Source of the DNA: Pseudogymnoascus verrucosus
Lineage: Eukaryota
Assembly (NCBI GenBank): GCA_001662655.1
Contig: KV460215.1
Strand: one strand, 5' to 3'
Length of the DNA: 20,000 bases
Shown here one piece after another: positions 1-9,130 of the stretch. The notes beneath the pieces are model-generated. The model was given only the letters and a program-made list of their open reading frames with translations. It had not been told where the DNA came from and ran no database searches. The number at the start of each line of letters is the position of its first letter. The first letter of the stretch is position 1. Both the position numbers and the translations under genes were made by a program.

Positions 1-1922
1 TGGACGGGGCAGAGACGATTTCAGTCCAGATGCCGACTCCATGGCATCTTTCGGGTACACCTCTCTGCGGATGCGAAATCGCGCAAGAAGATTGCTGGAG
101 CACCTTTTCCATGCCGAGCCGTTGGAGTGCCTAGAGACTGTCATCGAAATTTGGCAGAAGGCCTCAACCGCGAGTAACACGCAGTACACTGCGGCTTTCC
201 ACCTGCTCCACGTCCTTGATGGTAGTAGACCCAAACATACCATACCGGCAATATTCGATGCTATATACAGCCGTACCAATCCGGGCGTCTTAGATGTATC
301 CCGAAAGTCCACATTGACGTCCACTTTACTTGACACGGAACTTGTCGTGTTCTTGGTTGATTATACCAGATCTGTGGAAGATGACGCTATGGACGAGATC
401 TGGACGGATTGCATGACATTTTTGAAGGATATTCTTGCGAATCCATTCCCACATCGTCAAATTCTACCTGAACTTCTTGAGTTTACCTCTGTCCTTGGGG
501 AGAAGGTGGATAATACCAACTTTGGGGAGCAGCGGAAAATGCGGAAGGACCTCGCAGTGAGTAGCACTGGCCTCTCCATCAACCATGCACATACTAATAT
601 TTATACAGGACCTATTCTTAAGACTTTTAACTGCAACCTTTACGACCAACCCAATAGGATATTCTATGAGTACGTCGCAGCAACCGCCCGCTGAAAAGCA
701 TTCCGAGGTCTCTTCTTCATCAAAATTAAAGCGCAGAGCCGAAGACGTCGTTGAGATCCTTGCCACCATTATTCCAAATCTACCCAAGATTTTGGTTGAG
801 CCCGAAAGAGTCTTGGTTGCGGCCAATACGATATCGACTAGTGTTATTGGGCCGACAATTCGGTCCAAAGCATACCCTGAAAACGTTTCAGTAAGCCTAT
901 TAACTTTGCTGTACCAACTCTCACGACTGGCAAACACCCAAAAAGTATGGAAGAAAGATTTAGGAGACGCATTCAACGACCCTCGATTCTTTGCGAATCC
1001 GCCAAGTCTGTACGAGAGCCACTGGATGGCCCTTATCCGCCAATGGGCAATCACTGACAAAGAGCGCATGCCTGAACTCCTTTCTCGCATTACTCCGCCC
1101 ACAACAGCCGGTATTGTGTTTGGGGTCGGTGCTACCAGTGCCCGCCTTGAAGCTGATCGAAAGACACAACTCAATCTTCGCCGCATTGCCACGCTTATTC
1201 TATCTGTCCCCGATGATACATTCGTATCGGTCCTCGCTGATATCAACGACAAAATTGTGGAGCTCCTCACTGCCACCACCACTTCGTCGCCCTCTTCAAC
1301 TACTCGAGCAGAGATATACATACTTCTGCGCGTTCTAGTCCTGAAGACCAGCCCAATTCATCTCGCATTTATGTGGCCAACAGTCAACGCCGAGCTAGAA
1401 GCTGCAATATCATCGGTGGTCGCGCCCGACCACAGTGGGCCGGCAGACACCTGGAACAATTTCAGTATCCTACAAGCATGTAAACTGCTCGACTTACTGC
1501 TGTGTATTGCCCCAGACGATTTCCAATTGCACGAGTGGCTGTTCATCACAGATACCATTGACGCCGTCTATCGACCTAGCTCGTCAGGCTATCAGCCAGC
1601 GGCATTGATTGACCAGCTAGCTGAGGAACTCGGCTCAGCTACGCTTTCCGGTGCATTTGAAGGCACAAGCGTGGCTCCTGAGGACACAAAAGATAAATCT
1701 ATGCGACGACCCCTTATTGGTCCTGGCCGGGTGGAGACACGAGGCGTTAACCTAGAGAGGAGGGATGAGTTAGTTGCGAAAGTGCTGAGGCCATTTTTCA
1801 GTCAACTCAGTATCTGGGCGTTTGAGACGGTGTACGAGATGGGAAGTATAGAGTGGGAGGAGTGTAGGAGGCAAGTATTGGATGATTTGTTTGATGAAAG
1901 CGCGGTTGTAAAGGCGTTGTAA
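1..1922 (+). CDS. DOP1: Dopey/DOP1 (DopA) family Golgi-endosome trafficking protein, C-terminal part (5'-truncated by window); exons <1..556 and 609..1922
   Basis: Frame is open from position 2. Phase-0 intron 557..608 (GTGAGT...TACTAAT...TACAG) joins ORF 41..694 to ORF 585..1922 (…RKDLA|DLFLRLL…). Dopey C-terminal motifs recognised: NPFPHRQILP, KVDNTNFGEQRKMRKDL, GVGATSARLEADRKTQLNLRRI, LQACKLLDLL, FQLHEWLFITDTIDAVY. Confidence 0.9.
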
Positions 1923-2086
1923 GGAAACCCCATGCCAGGAGAGCTTATTGGGACTTATATTACGTGTAAATAGATATTCAAGATACAGTTCAACAGCAAG
2001 TACTGTCACAAGCCCCAGCAACGAAATAATGCCCATTTGAACGTAATGGGTATCGATTTGCACTAAATAGCTCCCCAATATGATAT

Positions 2087-3353
2087 CTAATTAGCAACCG
2101 GTTTATCTTCCTCTTCCTCTTTCTCGGTTTCCTTCGTCTCCCCAGCCTTCGACTCCCCAGCCTTCGACTCCCCAGCCTTCGACTCCCCAGCCTTCGGGGG
2201 CCCTCCTAGAGGGGGTCCTCCCTTAGGCGGGCCTGGCGTGGCCTTCGGAGGACCTCCACTCTTAGGCGGCGGGGGTGGCGGCGTGTTGGTAGGTTTCGCA
2301 CTCGGCACGTAGTCTAACTCTCTGCTCTTTTGCTCGCCTTCCATAAAATAATCGTCCAGCTCTCCTCCTTTCGCTTGTACTGTTTTATCATGTCCGCGCC
2401 CGTGTTTCCTATGCGCCTTGTCTGACGAAGCTGGAGGCGGCGGAGCTGCTCCAGGCAACTGTGCGGGGATGAGGAACTCGGAAGGAGCGGTTGTGATAGG
2501 TGGGGCACCGGTGGCAGAGAGCGCAGCCGCCCTTGACTCCTCGTTCGAGAATCGTGCCGGCTCGCCATCGAAAAGCGTCGATCCCGGCTCGGCAACGGGC
2601 TCACTGAGCGGCGCGGGTATGCGGTGCAGCGCACCATATCCAAGTACACAGCCTAACGCACCCTCTCCGCCCCAGTCGCGGCTCGGTTGGATGGTGACTT
2701 CGCGCGTGACATCGTATTCGTTGTTGTACACGTACAGCCTGAGGGGCCGGCCGATGTGGTCTTCTACCAGCTCACCGAGGCCGGCTTCGCCGTGCAGGAT
2801 TCCCTCAGGGGTGCCGAGGATATAGTCGCTGTAGGGGAGGAGGCCGGCGAGGTCGGCGGGGGAGTTGGCGGGGACGTCGAGGATGTGCCAGATTGTTGCG
2901 ACGGTGGAGAGGGGCGCGTGTTGGAGGGATATGCCTAGGGTGGGGTTGTCCGAGGGGATGGGAACGTGCAAGGTGCGTGTTCGTTGGCCCTGGTAAGTAA
3001 TAACGCGTTAGTTGAGATTATGGGAGCTATGGATGAGGGAGGAGGGAGGTGTTACCTTTGCGCTCCAGAGTCCAAGAGTGACGGTGCCTCCAGCGCAGTT
3101 GCGGACTTCTTGGGCGAAGAGACTGGGATCTGAGTCCTCCTAATTCTTTATTAGAGATTGTCTGCTGAACTATTGAGTGAAACCATACAATCATGCGCCC
3201 ATTGATCCCAACTACAAAATCAAACCAAGGCTCAATTGGAAGGTCGGCATTCTTATTTCGTAGGACTTGGAAGCCAAATGCATTGTAGGTGGACGTCTGG
3301 GCTGGCGCGTCGGAATCGAGCCTTGATATGAAGCGGTTTAGGGCGTTAAACAT
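2087..3353 (-). CDS. GRH1: GRASP55/65-family Golgi reassembly stacking protein (Grh1); exons 3353..3189, 3139..3056, 2989..2087
   Basis: Introns 3140..3188 (GTATGG…CTAAT…TAG) and 2990..3055 (GTAACA…CTAAC…CAG) keep the frame. The N-terminus MFNALNRFISRL fits the Met-Phe amphipathic helix of fungal Grh1. GRASP PDZ-like motifs: GFQVL, IEPWFDFVVGING, WHILDVPANSPADLAGLLPYSDYILG, LYVYNNEYDVTREVTIQPSRDWGGEGALGCVLGYGALHRIP. Pro-rich C-terminal tail. Confidence 0.93.
2131..2196. repeat. 15-bp coding tandem repeat (CTCCCCAGCCTTCGA), ~4.4 copies, encoding (KAGES)3-KAGET in the Grh1 tail
   Basis: Units start at 2138, 2153, 2168 and 2183 (last one partial), with a degenerate unit at 2131. Confidence 0.95.
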
Positions 3354-3902
3354 CTTGATTCCAGCCGCATGCAATTGTATTATATAGAGATGTTGGGATT
3401 CAGCAATCTTTTGTCAGTGACTTTCAAGACGGAGACTTGTAGCTGGTGATGTTTATGGTTAATGGAGCTCTGGCCTCACTTGCAACAAGGTACGTACTGT
3501 ATCATGTTTCGTCATTGGCTAAATTTACATCTTCAAGGCTTGGCACGCAGCCTTGTGCCCACCACGCTAAATACCTCAGCCCTGTCAACTTGTCAAGAGG
3601 ATAATTTTTATATTTTACAAAGAAGCTGGGCAAGCAAATCGTGGAACTGCTTGGCAACAAACTGTGATGTATTTCACCGCTACGCTCTAATCTACTTACT
3701 TCAGCTACTACTCGCATCCACTTCTTTGACTTTTGCAGAGTCCCTCAAAATCGAAGTGCGGGGCTGCCACCGCCACAACTAGACTTGGCTTCACACGAAC
3801 CGACCCGTCGACATAACTGTGCGACAAATATTGGCAAGGGTTATTAAGACAGTGAGCTCCAAGAAATACTTTCTTACTACGGCCAGAGCCTCATTGGGTC
3901 TA

Positions 3903-4994
3903 ATGGCGTCCAACCCGCAGACGTTTCAATCGTTCGGCCGTCCGCTGGCGAACTCCTCCAACTTTTTTTCACAGAGGGACAACGAACATCAACTCTACGG
4001 TCTATTCTCTGATCTGAACCTCAACGGAGAACATCGCAAACAACCACTTTTTACACCGGCCCCAGTTGCTGTTGTTTCTTCTGAGGACATTGAACTGAAC
4101 GACGCACGATCTACCGAGAGAAAGCTCACAACAAAGCAACTTCGCAAGCAACGCGAAGCGGAACAGGCTGCGAAAACTCCGAAAAAACCCAAAACCTTAG
4201 CATCTAAAGCCAAGAAGCAAAACAGAATCAAAATCAGATTTGAGAGACGAAAGAGCCAAAAGGATAGACTGGACGCAATCAACCGCGACCCGAAACTGGT
4301 AGAGAAAAGGATACAAGCCTTGAAGGAGCTCCACGCATGTGCTCAAGATTTACACAACGCCACTGAAAACAAGGTCGCCCTTAAGCAGGCACTGCAAAAT
4401 CTCACCGAAGCATTAGCTTCACATACGGAGAAAACATCCGCGGAGTTATACGCCGAGCTCTGCCAGACCAATAATCAGAAGAGTGCTGAAGTATTAATCG
4501 GAAATACAAACGATACACAAAGTTCGGAGGAATCTTTCAGGAACTTTGTCGATAATTTGGAGAAGCCAGTTCTACCATCAGAGCCCGTTTCGACTTCGCG
4601 GGGCAAGAAAACTGCCAGGGTAAAGGAGTTGCCTGTCAACATCGCCCAGCCAACATTTAAGCTTCTCGCTCCATCGAGGGAGCAGAAGATCAGAAACGCC
4701 CACAACTGGAAAAGAGCCAAACCACTTATTATCGACCTCACAAAAGCGATCGAAAGAAGTGATATTAGCATCGCCAAGTCATACGCTGCAGCACGTGTTC
4801 CAATTAAGAACCTGGCTGACGGCTTAGAAAGAGATTTTGCCGACGTTATATCAGAAGTCATTCCGTCATTTACCAGAGACAGAATTGCGTATTTTGAACG
4901 ACCCTTCATTACCCTGAAGGAGACCAACCAAATATCACCCTCTAATACTCCCATTGCAACCAATGGCGGACTCGACCAATCAATGTCAGCCTGA
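3903..4994 (+). CDS. Hypothetical basic, Lys/Arg-rich, probably coiled-coil protein (363 aa from ATG 3903); candidate upstream cistron of TGS1
   Basis: Uninterrupted 364-codon frame. NLS-like stretch KKPKTLASKAKKQNRIKIRFERRKSQK and helical segments (EKRIQALKELHACAQDLHNATENKVALKQALQNLTEAL). No family recognised. The ORF-track GTG start at 3819 is unlikely in a eukaryote. Confidence 0.7.
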   Translation: MASNPQTFQSFGRPLANSSNFFSQRDNEHQLYGLFSDLNLNGEHRKQPLFTPAPVAVVSSEDIELNDARSTERKLTTKQLRKQREAEQAAKTPKKPKTLASKAKKQNRIKIRFERRKSQKDRLDAINRDPKLVEKRIQALKELHACAQDLHNATENKVALKQALQNLTEALASHTEKTSAELYAELCQTNNQKSAEVLIGNTNDTQSSEESFRNFVDNLEKPVLPSEPVSTSRGKKTARVKELPVNIAQPTFKLLAPSREQKIRNAHNWKRAKPLIIDLTKAIERSDISIAKSYAAARVPIKNLADGLERDFADVISEVIPSFTRDRIAYFERPFITLKETNQISPSNTPIATNGGLDQSMSA

Positions 4995-5724
4995 GATGGA
5001 TGATCTACAACAGAGCTACGTTGATGAATTTGGGCTTACAGATGAGTGCCATCACTATGAAAGTTTAGCAGAAGTGCCTTGGGACCTTCAGAAATATTGG
5101 CAGCAACGATACAGTATATTCTCATTATACGATGAGGGGGTATACATGACAGACGACTCATGGTTTGGGATAACTCCGGAGCCAGTTGCCGTCCAGGTAG
5201 CTTCAGACATGGCAGCCTCGATAGATCCTTCAAAAACTACAATAGTCGACATCTTTGCTGGCGCAGGGGGGAATTCTATTGCCTTCGCTCGGTCAGGACG
5301 CTGGGAAAAGGTCATTTCAATAGAGAAGGATCCTTCTGTGATTGCTTGCGCCAAAAATAACGCGGCAATCTACGGTGTTGCGGACAAGATTACTTGGATC
5401 AATGATGATTGCTTTGATTTTGTTTCCAAGGATGGGAATATTGATTTCAATACATCCACCATCTTCGCCAGCCCACCTTGGGGCGGCCCAGGCTATCGGG
5501 GCGACGAGATCTTCAATCTCGATACCATGCAGCCGTACTCCGCCAAGCAGATCCACGAGATGTGCAAGTCGACGGAGTGTGCCTTATTCTTGCCGAGGAC
5601 ATCCGATTTGCGACAGATTGCGAAACTTGCACCGGAAGGAGACAAGGTCGAGGTCGTCCAGTATTGCATGGAGGGTGCCAGCAAGGCTTTAGTTGCATAT
5701 ATACCAGCCACTCAGAGCAGCTAA
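4963..5724 (+). CDS. TGS1: Trimethylguanosine synthase (RNA cap guanine-N2 methyltransferase), intronless; start ATG 4963 (253 aa) or ATG 4996 (242 aa)
   Basis: KYWQQRYSIFSLYDEGVYMTDDSWFGITPEPVA, SAM-binding IVDIFAGAGGNSIAFA, CAKNNAAIYGV, catalytic FASPPWGGPGY and LFLPRTSDLRQ are all Tgs1 hallmarks. Confidence 0.95.
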   Translation: MADSTNQCQPEMDDLQQSYVDEFGLTDECHHYESLAEVPWDLQKYWQQRYSIFSLYDEGVYMTDDSWFGITPEPVAVQVASDMAASIDPSKTTIVDIFAGAGGNSIAFARSGRWEKVISIEKDPSVIACAKNNAAIYGVADKITWINDDCFDFVSKDGNIDFNTSTIFASPPWGGPGYRGDEIFNLDTMQPYSAKQIHEMCKSTECALFLPRTSDLRQIAKLAPEGDKVEVVQYCMEGASKALVAYIPATQSS

Positions 5725-5819
5725 ATTAATGAAAATGAACATGAAGTCAAAAATATGCACATATCAACCCCTCATGACAAGATAATTGCTTCAGGGGAAA
5801 CTTCCAGTAACGCTTAATT

Positions 5820-5932
5820 CTGGGGTAAGGGCGGGGAAGTGGGGTAAACGGTGCTGCTAAAGTGCCGGGTGGAGTTAGCCGATGTCACCGACACAGCCAA
5901 CTTTAATATAACTCCTCACTTGTAGTCTCCAC
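5820..5932. promoter_or_regulatory. Cluster of CreA/Cre1-type SYGGRG sites plus one XlnR-type site upstream of the SGNH esterase
   Basis: CTGGGG 5820, GCGGGG 5831, GTGGGG 5839, GTGGAG 5869, CTCCAC 5927. TTAGCCG 5875-5881 reads CGGCTAA on the minus strand. TATA-like TATAAG at 6154. Confidence 0.5.
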
Positions 5933-6256
5933 ACTGAGAACAACAGCCTGAATACGCAGCATGATCATCAATAGTTGTTCCTGTTCCGAACCCCTCAGTC
6001 CATATTGCGTTACATGCGGCTGCTAATAGGACACAATATAGCTACTTTTTCCTTTTATCCGAAGCCGTTGTTGGTTTAGTTAGCAGCGAAATGATAATCG
6101 TATGGCGAAATTAGCAGACGCCAGTGCTGACGCCTGTGCCATGCCATGGCCCATATAAGATGAAGCCTAGGCGCAATTGATCATGAAGGTGACCGTTAGC
6201 TATACTTCAGGGCACAGAAGAGATTCAAGAAGTTTTACGTAGTTTGAAAGCTCAAG

Positions 6257-7593
6257 ATGCGTTCGGCTTTGGCATACGTAGCGCTTGCGGCAACCTTCGT
6301 CCAGCAAGCTGTGACTGCGCCGACGGTTGGCCTTCCAGCACACGGAAGCAAAAATGTCCACTGGGTAGATACCTGGGCTACTATGCCACAACTTACAGAA
6401 GTTGGCAATCTTCCTCCTGCTCCATACGTATGTGTCTCGATATATAGCAGTCGTGCCTTCTAACCCCTTTTTAGACCCAACCTGACTCTGTTTTCGTTGA
6501 CTCGACCGTTCGCGCGACATTCCAAGTGTCAATCCCAGGGAAAACCGTCCGTCTCAGGTTCACGAATGTATTTGGCGCCACGGACTTGCCAATCGATGCT
6601 GTGACCATTGCTCTCCCTAATGGCCCAGCGGGCACCCGCGCGATTCATACCCAGACACTTCAGAAGGTCACATTCAGTGGCAAGACCTCGATCATAATTC
6701 CCAATGGTGCTCAAGTGGTCTCAGACCCAATTCACTTTGAGGTCAAGGCCAGGCAAGACGTTGCTGTCACCTATTACACGGCAGCCGGCCAAGCCGGCAA
6801 CAGCATCACCTCCCACCCAGGGAGTCGTGTCACGAGTTGGTACTCGCGTGGTAACCACGTCACCGCTGCCAACTTGACGGATGCTTCCGTTGCAAGCTCC
6901 GAGCATTGGTACTTCGTAAGTGCCCTGGAAGTCGACGACTCCCTCGGCAGCACCTTCGCCATCGTCGGCGACAGCATCACCGATGGCCGCGGCAGCACCA
7001 CCAACGGCAACAACCGCTGGGCCGATCAGCTCTCCCTTCGTCTCCTAAAAGACCGACGCACAGCGCATATCGGTATTGCCAACGAGGCAGCTGGCGGCAA
7101 CCGCGTGCTTCACGACGGCCTTGGACCTAACGCGCTTGGTCGTATCGACCGCGACGTGCTGGCGCAACCAAACGTCAAGTATGCTATGATTTATGAGGGC
7201 ATCAATGATATCGGGACAGGCAATTCCACGACCTCCGTCGCTGAGCAGCTCGAGACGTCAGACCGACTGATCTGGGCATACCAGCAGATGGCGGAGCGAA
7301 TCCACGCGGCAGGGATCAAGGTATTCATCGCCACTATCACGCCGTTCAACCACCCAGCCGACCAGTTCCAGCCTGTGTGGGACGCGGAGAGAGAGAAGAC
7401 GAGGCAGCGCGTGAACAAGTGGATCCGCGAGAATAAGGTGTTCGATGCGGTGCTGGACTTCGATAAGGTTGTCCGAGACCCAGAGCATCCGAATGTAATG
7501 CAGGTGCGGTATAACTTTGATGACTTCCTACATCTCGGTGTTGAGGGTTATCGCGCGTTGGCAGACTCTATCCCTCTCTCTATATTCTCGTAG
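6257..7593 (+). CDS. Secreted SGNH/GDSL-family esterase (XynE-like acyl/acetyl-hydrolase type), 429 aa; exons 6257..6427 and 6475..7593
   Basis: Signal peptide MRSALAYVALAATFVQQAVTA. Phase-0 intron 6428..6474 (GTATGT…TTCTAAC…TTAG). SGNH blocks: AIVGDSITDG (Ser), AAGGNRV (Gly), YEGINDIG (Asn), DFLH (Asp/His). Confidence 0.9.
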
Positions 7594-7688
7594 GGTTGAG
7601 GTTTAAAGGCGATAGTAAAGTTGTATTTCTTATATAGAGTGCACAGTCTCTCCAGCATGGTGGGATCAATATACTACAATAATATTTT

Positions 7689-7702
7689 GTGTGTGTGTGT
7701 GT
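7689..7702. repeat. (GT)7 microsatellite
   Basis: Directly visible, downstream of the SGNH gene. Confidence 0.85.
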
Positions 7703-7916
7703 CAAGCATATGTACCGATGAACTATGGACGAATGCCATTGCATGTCTCAAGCTCCATGCTTCAAGAAGCTTCTTGACGTCTTGTGAGAAAGGGCCCTTC
7801 TTTTCCCCGCAAACTCTGAGTTTTGCAAGGGCCTTCTCGGAAAGCCTAAATTTCACAAGGTACGAATGAAGCATAACAAGTCCGGCGAAAAGTTATATGA
7901 TGCAACATAGCCACAG

Positions 7917-7972
7917 CACAGCGTATTCGCATAAAAATGCGTACCCCGCATTTTCTATACGAGTACGCTGTG
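7917..7972. repeat. Imperfect inverted repeat (25/26-nt arms, 5-nt loop)
   Basis: CACAGCGTATTCGCATAAAAATGCG - TACCC - CGCATTTTCTATACGAGTACGCTGTG. 23 Watson-Crick pairs, one T.G wobble, one C.A mismatch, one bulged C. Confidence 0.9.
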
Positions 7973-8280
7973 GGTTAACACTAACATCGAATTCGATTGT
8001 CATATAAATTGCTCTGCCATATAAAGAAGGTGCTTTTATAGTACTGTGCTTCTCAACATATTACCCATGTCCGGACGCCCGTGACATGGCACTTGTTAAA
8101 GTTGCTACCCGGCTCTATCCCAAAAAGTAAGTGCTGGACTTGGCAGGAAGGCGATATTAGATTTGTTATGTAAAATAACTTATTCGAGAACAACTTAGTT
8201 CCGGAGAATAAAACTTCCATCGAGTTACGCTCGTTCTAGGCACTTGTGTAGCTCAAACAGGGTTTCCCATGGCGTCGACT

Positions 8281-9044
8281 CGGGTTATATCCCGGTTTGG
8301 CTAAACGGGACAAAACCAACAATATATATCCATGCAGGGAAGACGACACGGACTTAGGCTATTATGGACCCGACTTAAGCCTTTCTAATGCCATGCGGGG
8401 GTAAACCTTGTATTGATGCTGTCAGATTCGGCAATGCCAATGAGAACTTTAACAACACGGAGAGCCGGTAAGGGGCAGCAAGTCGACCAGAGCCAAGGTT
8501 GTCAGCAGAAAACAGCCTGTTCATTTACAGGTTGACATTCAGACTGACGGCCAAGACCGTTTGCCGCTGGACCGTAAACAAGGTCATGTTGAACGAGCAT
8601 CATTCTCTGCTTCCAATTGAAAAAATTGACGTTGGGTTAATTGTATAGACTGTCATGAATAGGACCTACCAGTGCTAAACATCTTGCTCAACAAGCCTCA
8701 GCTAAAGTAAAACGATGATGTGTTAGCCTTCAACACCCCAGAAGCTCCTGCCCAAAGACATCCGGTATATGCCACCGATCCCTGGCAATATGGGCTCCTC
8801 CTCATCCGCTTCGAGCACACCTCATATACTATATCGCGTGGCATTGCCTGGATTTAGCCAGTGTTCTTGTCGATCCCTTGACGATTAAACCATAGCTTTA
8901 TGAGGAAGCCCCTCTGCCAATGGCAATTCAAAGAATCCAAAGTGCCCAGGCCCTTTTATTTGGCTCTTTGAATCGCATCAGGTGGGACATCGAGGCTAAT
9001 ATCAGCGGTCCAACGGGGCTTGGCGAATCATTTGTTATATAAAA
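8281..9044 (+). promoter_or_regulatory. Promoter of the CE15 gene with XlnR/Xyr1-type GGCTAA sites, a CGG-N8-CCG site, CreA-type sites and a TATA box
   Basis: GGCTAA 8299 and 8994; TTAGCC 8723 and 8854. CGG-GTTATATC-CCG 8281-8294. GCGGGG 8395 and CCCCAG 8736. TATATAAAA 9036-9044, about 90 nt before ATG 9131. Confidence 0.6.
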
Positions 9045-9130
9045 GAGTCGAAGTCGACCACAAAACTACCAGCTCTTGTTCAGACAGTACATCTCATTGA
9101 TTCGTTCACTGCCGTCTTCAATAGATCAAG

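Noticed and set aside
464..1321. 285-aa minus-strand ORF
   Set aside because: Antisense shadow of DOP1 with no recognisable motifs.
3462..3782. 106-aa + strand ORF in the GRH1/orphan intergenic region
   Set aside because: No protein-like features; it contains splice-like signals and at most represents a uORF or leader sequence.
4889..4989. Possible intron (GTATTT…CTAAT…CAG) fusing the orphan ORF to TGS1
   Set aside because: Weak donor, long branch-to-AG distance, and the spliced product is out of frame with TGS1.
7621..7874. Short overlapping ORFs on both strands downstream of the SGNH gene
   Set aside because: They span a GT microsatellite and 3' UTR-like sequence, with no motifs or splice support.
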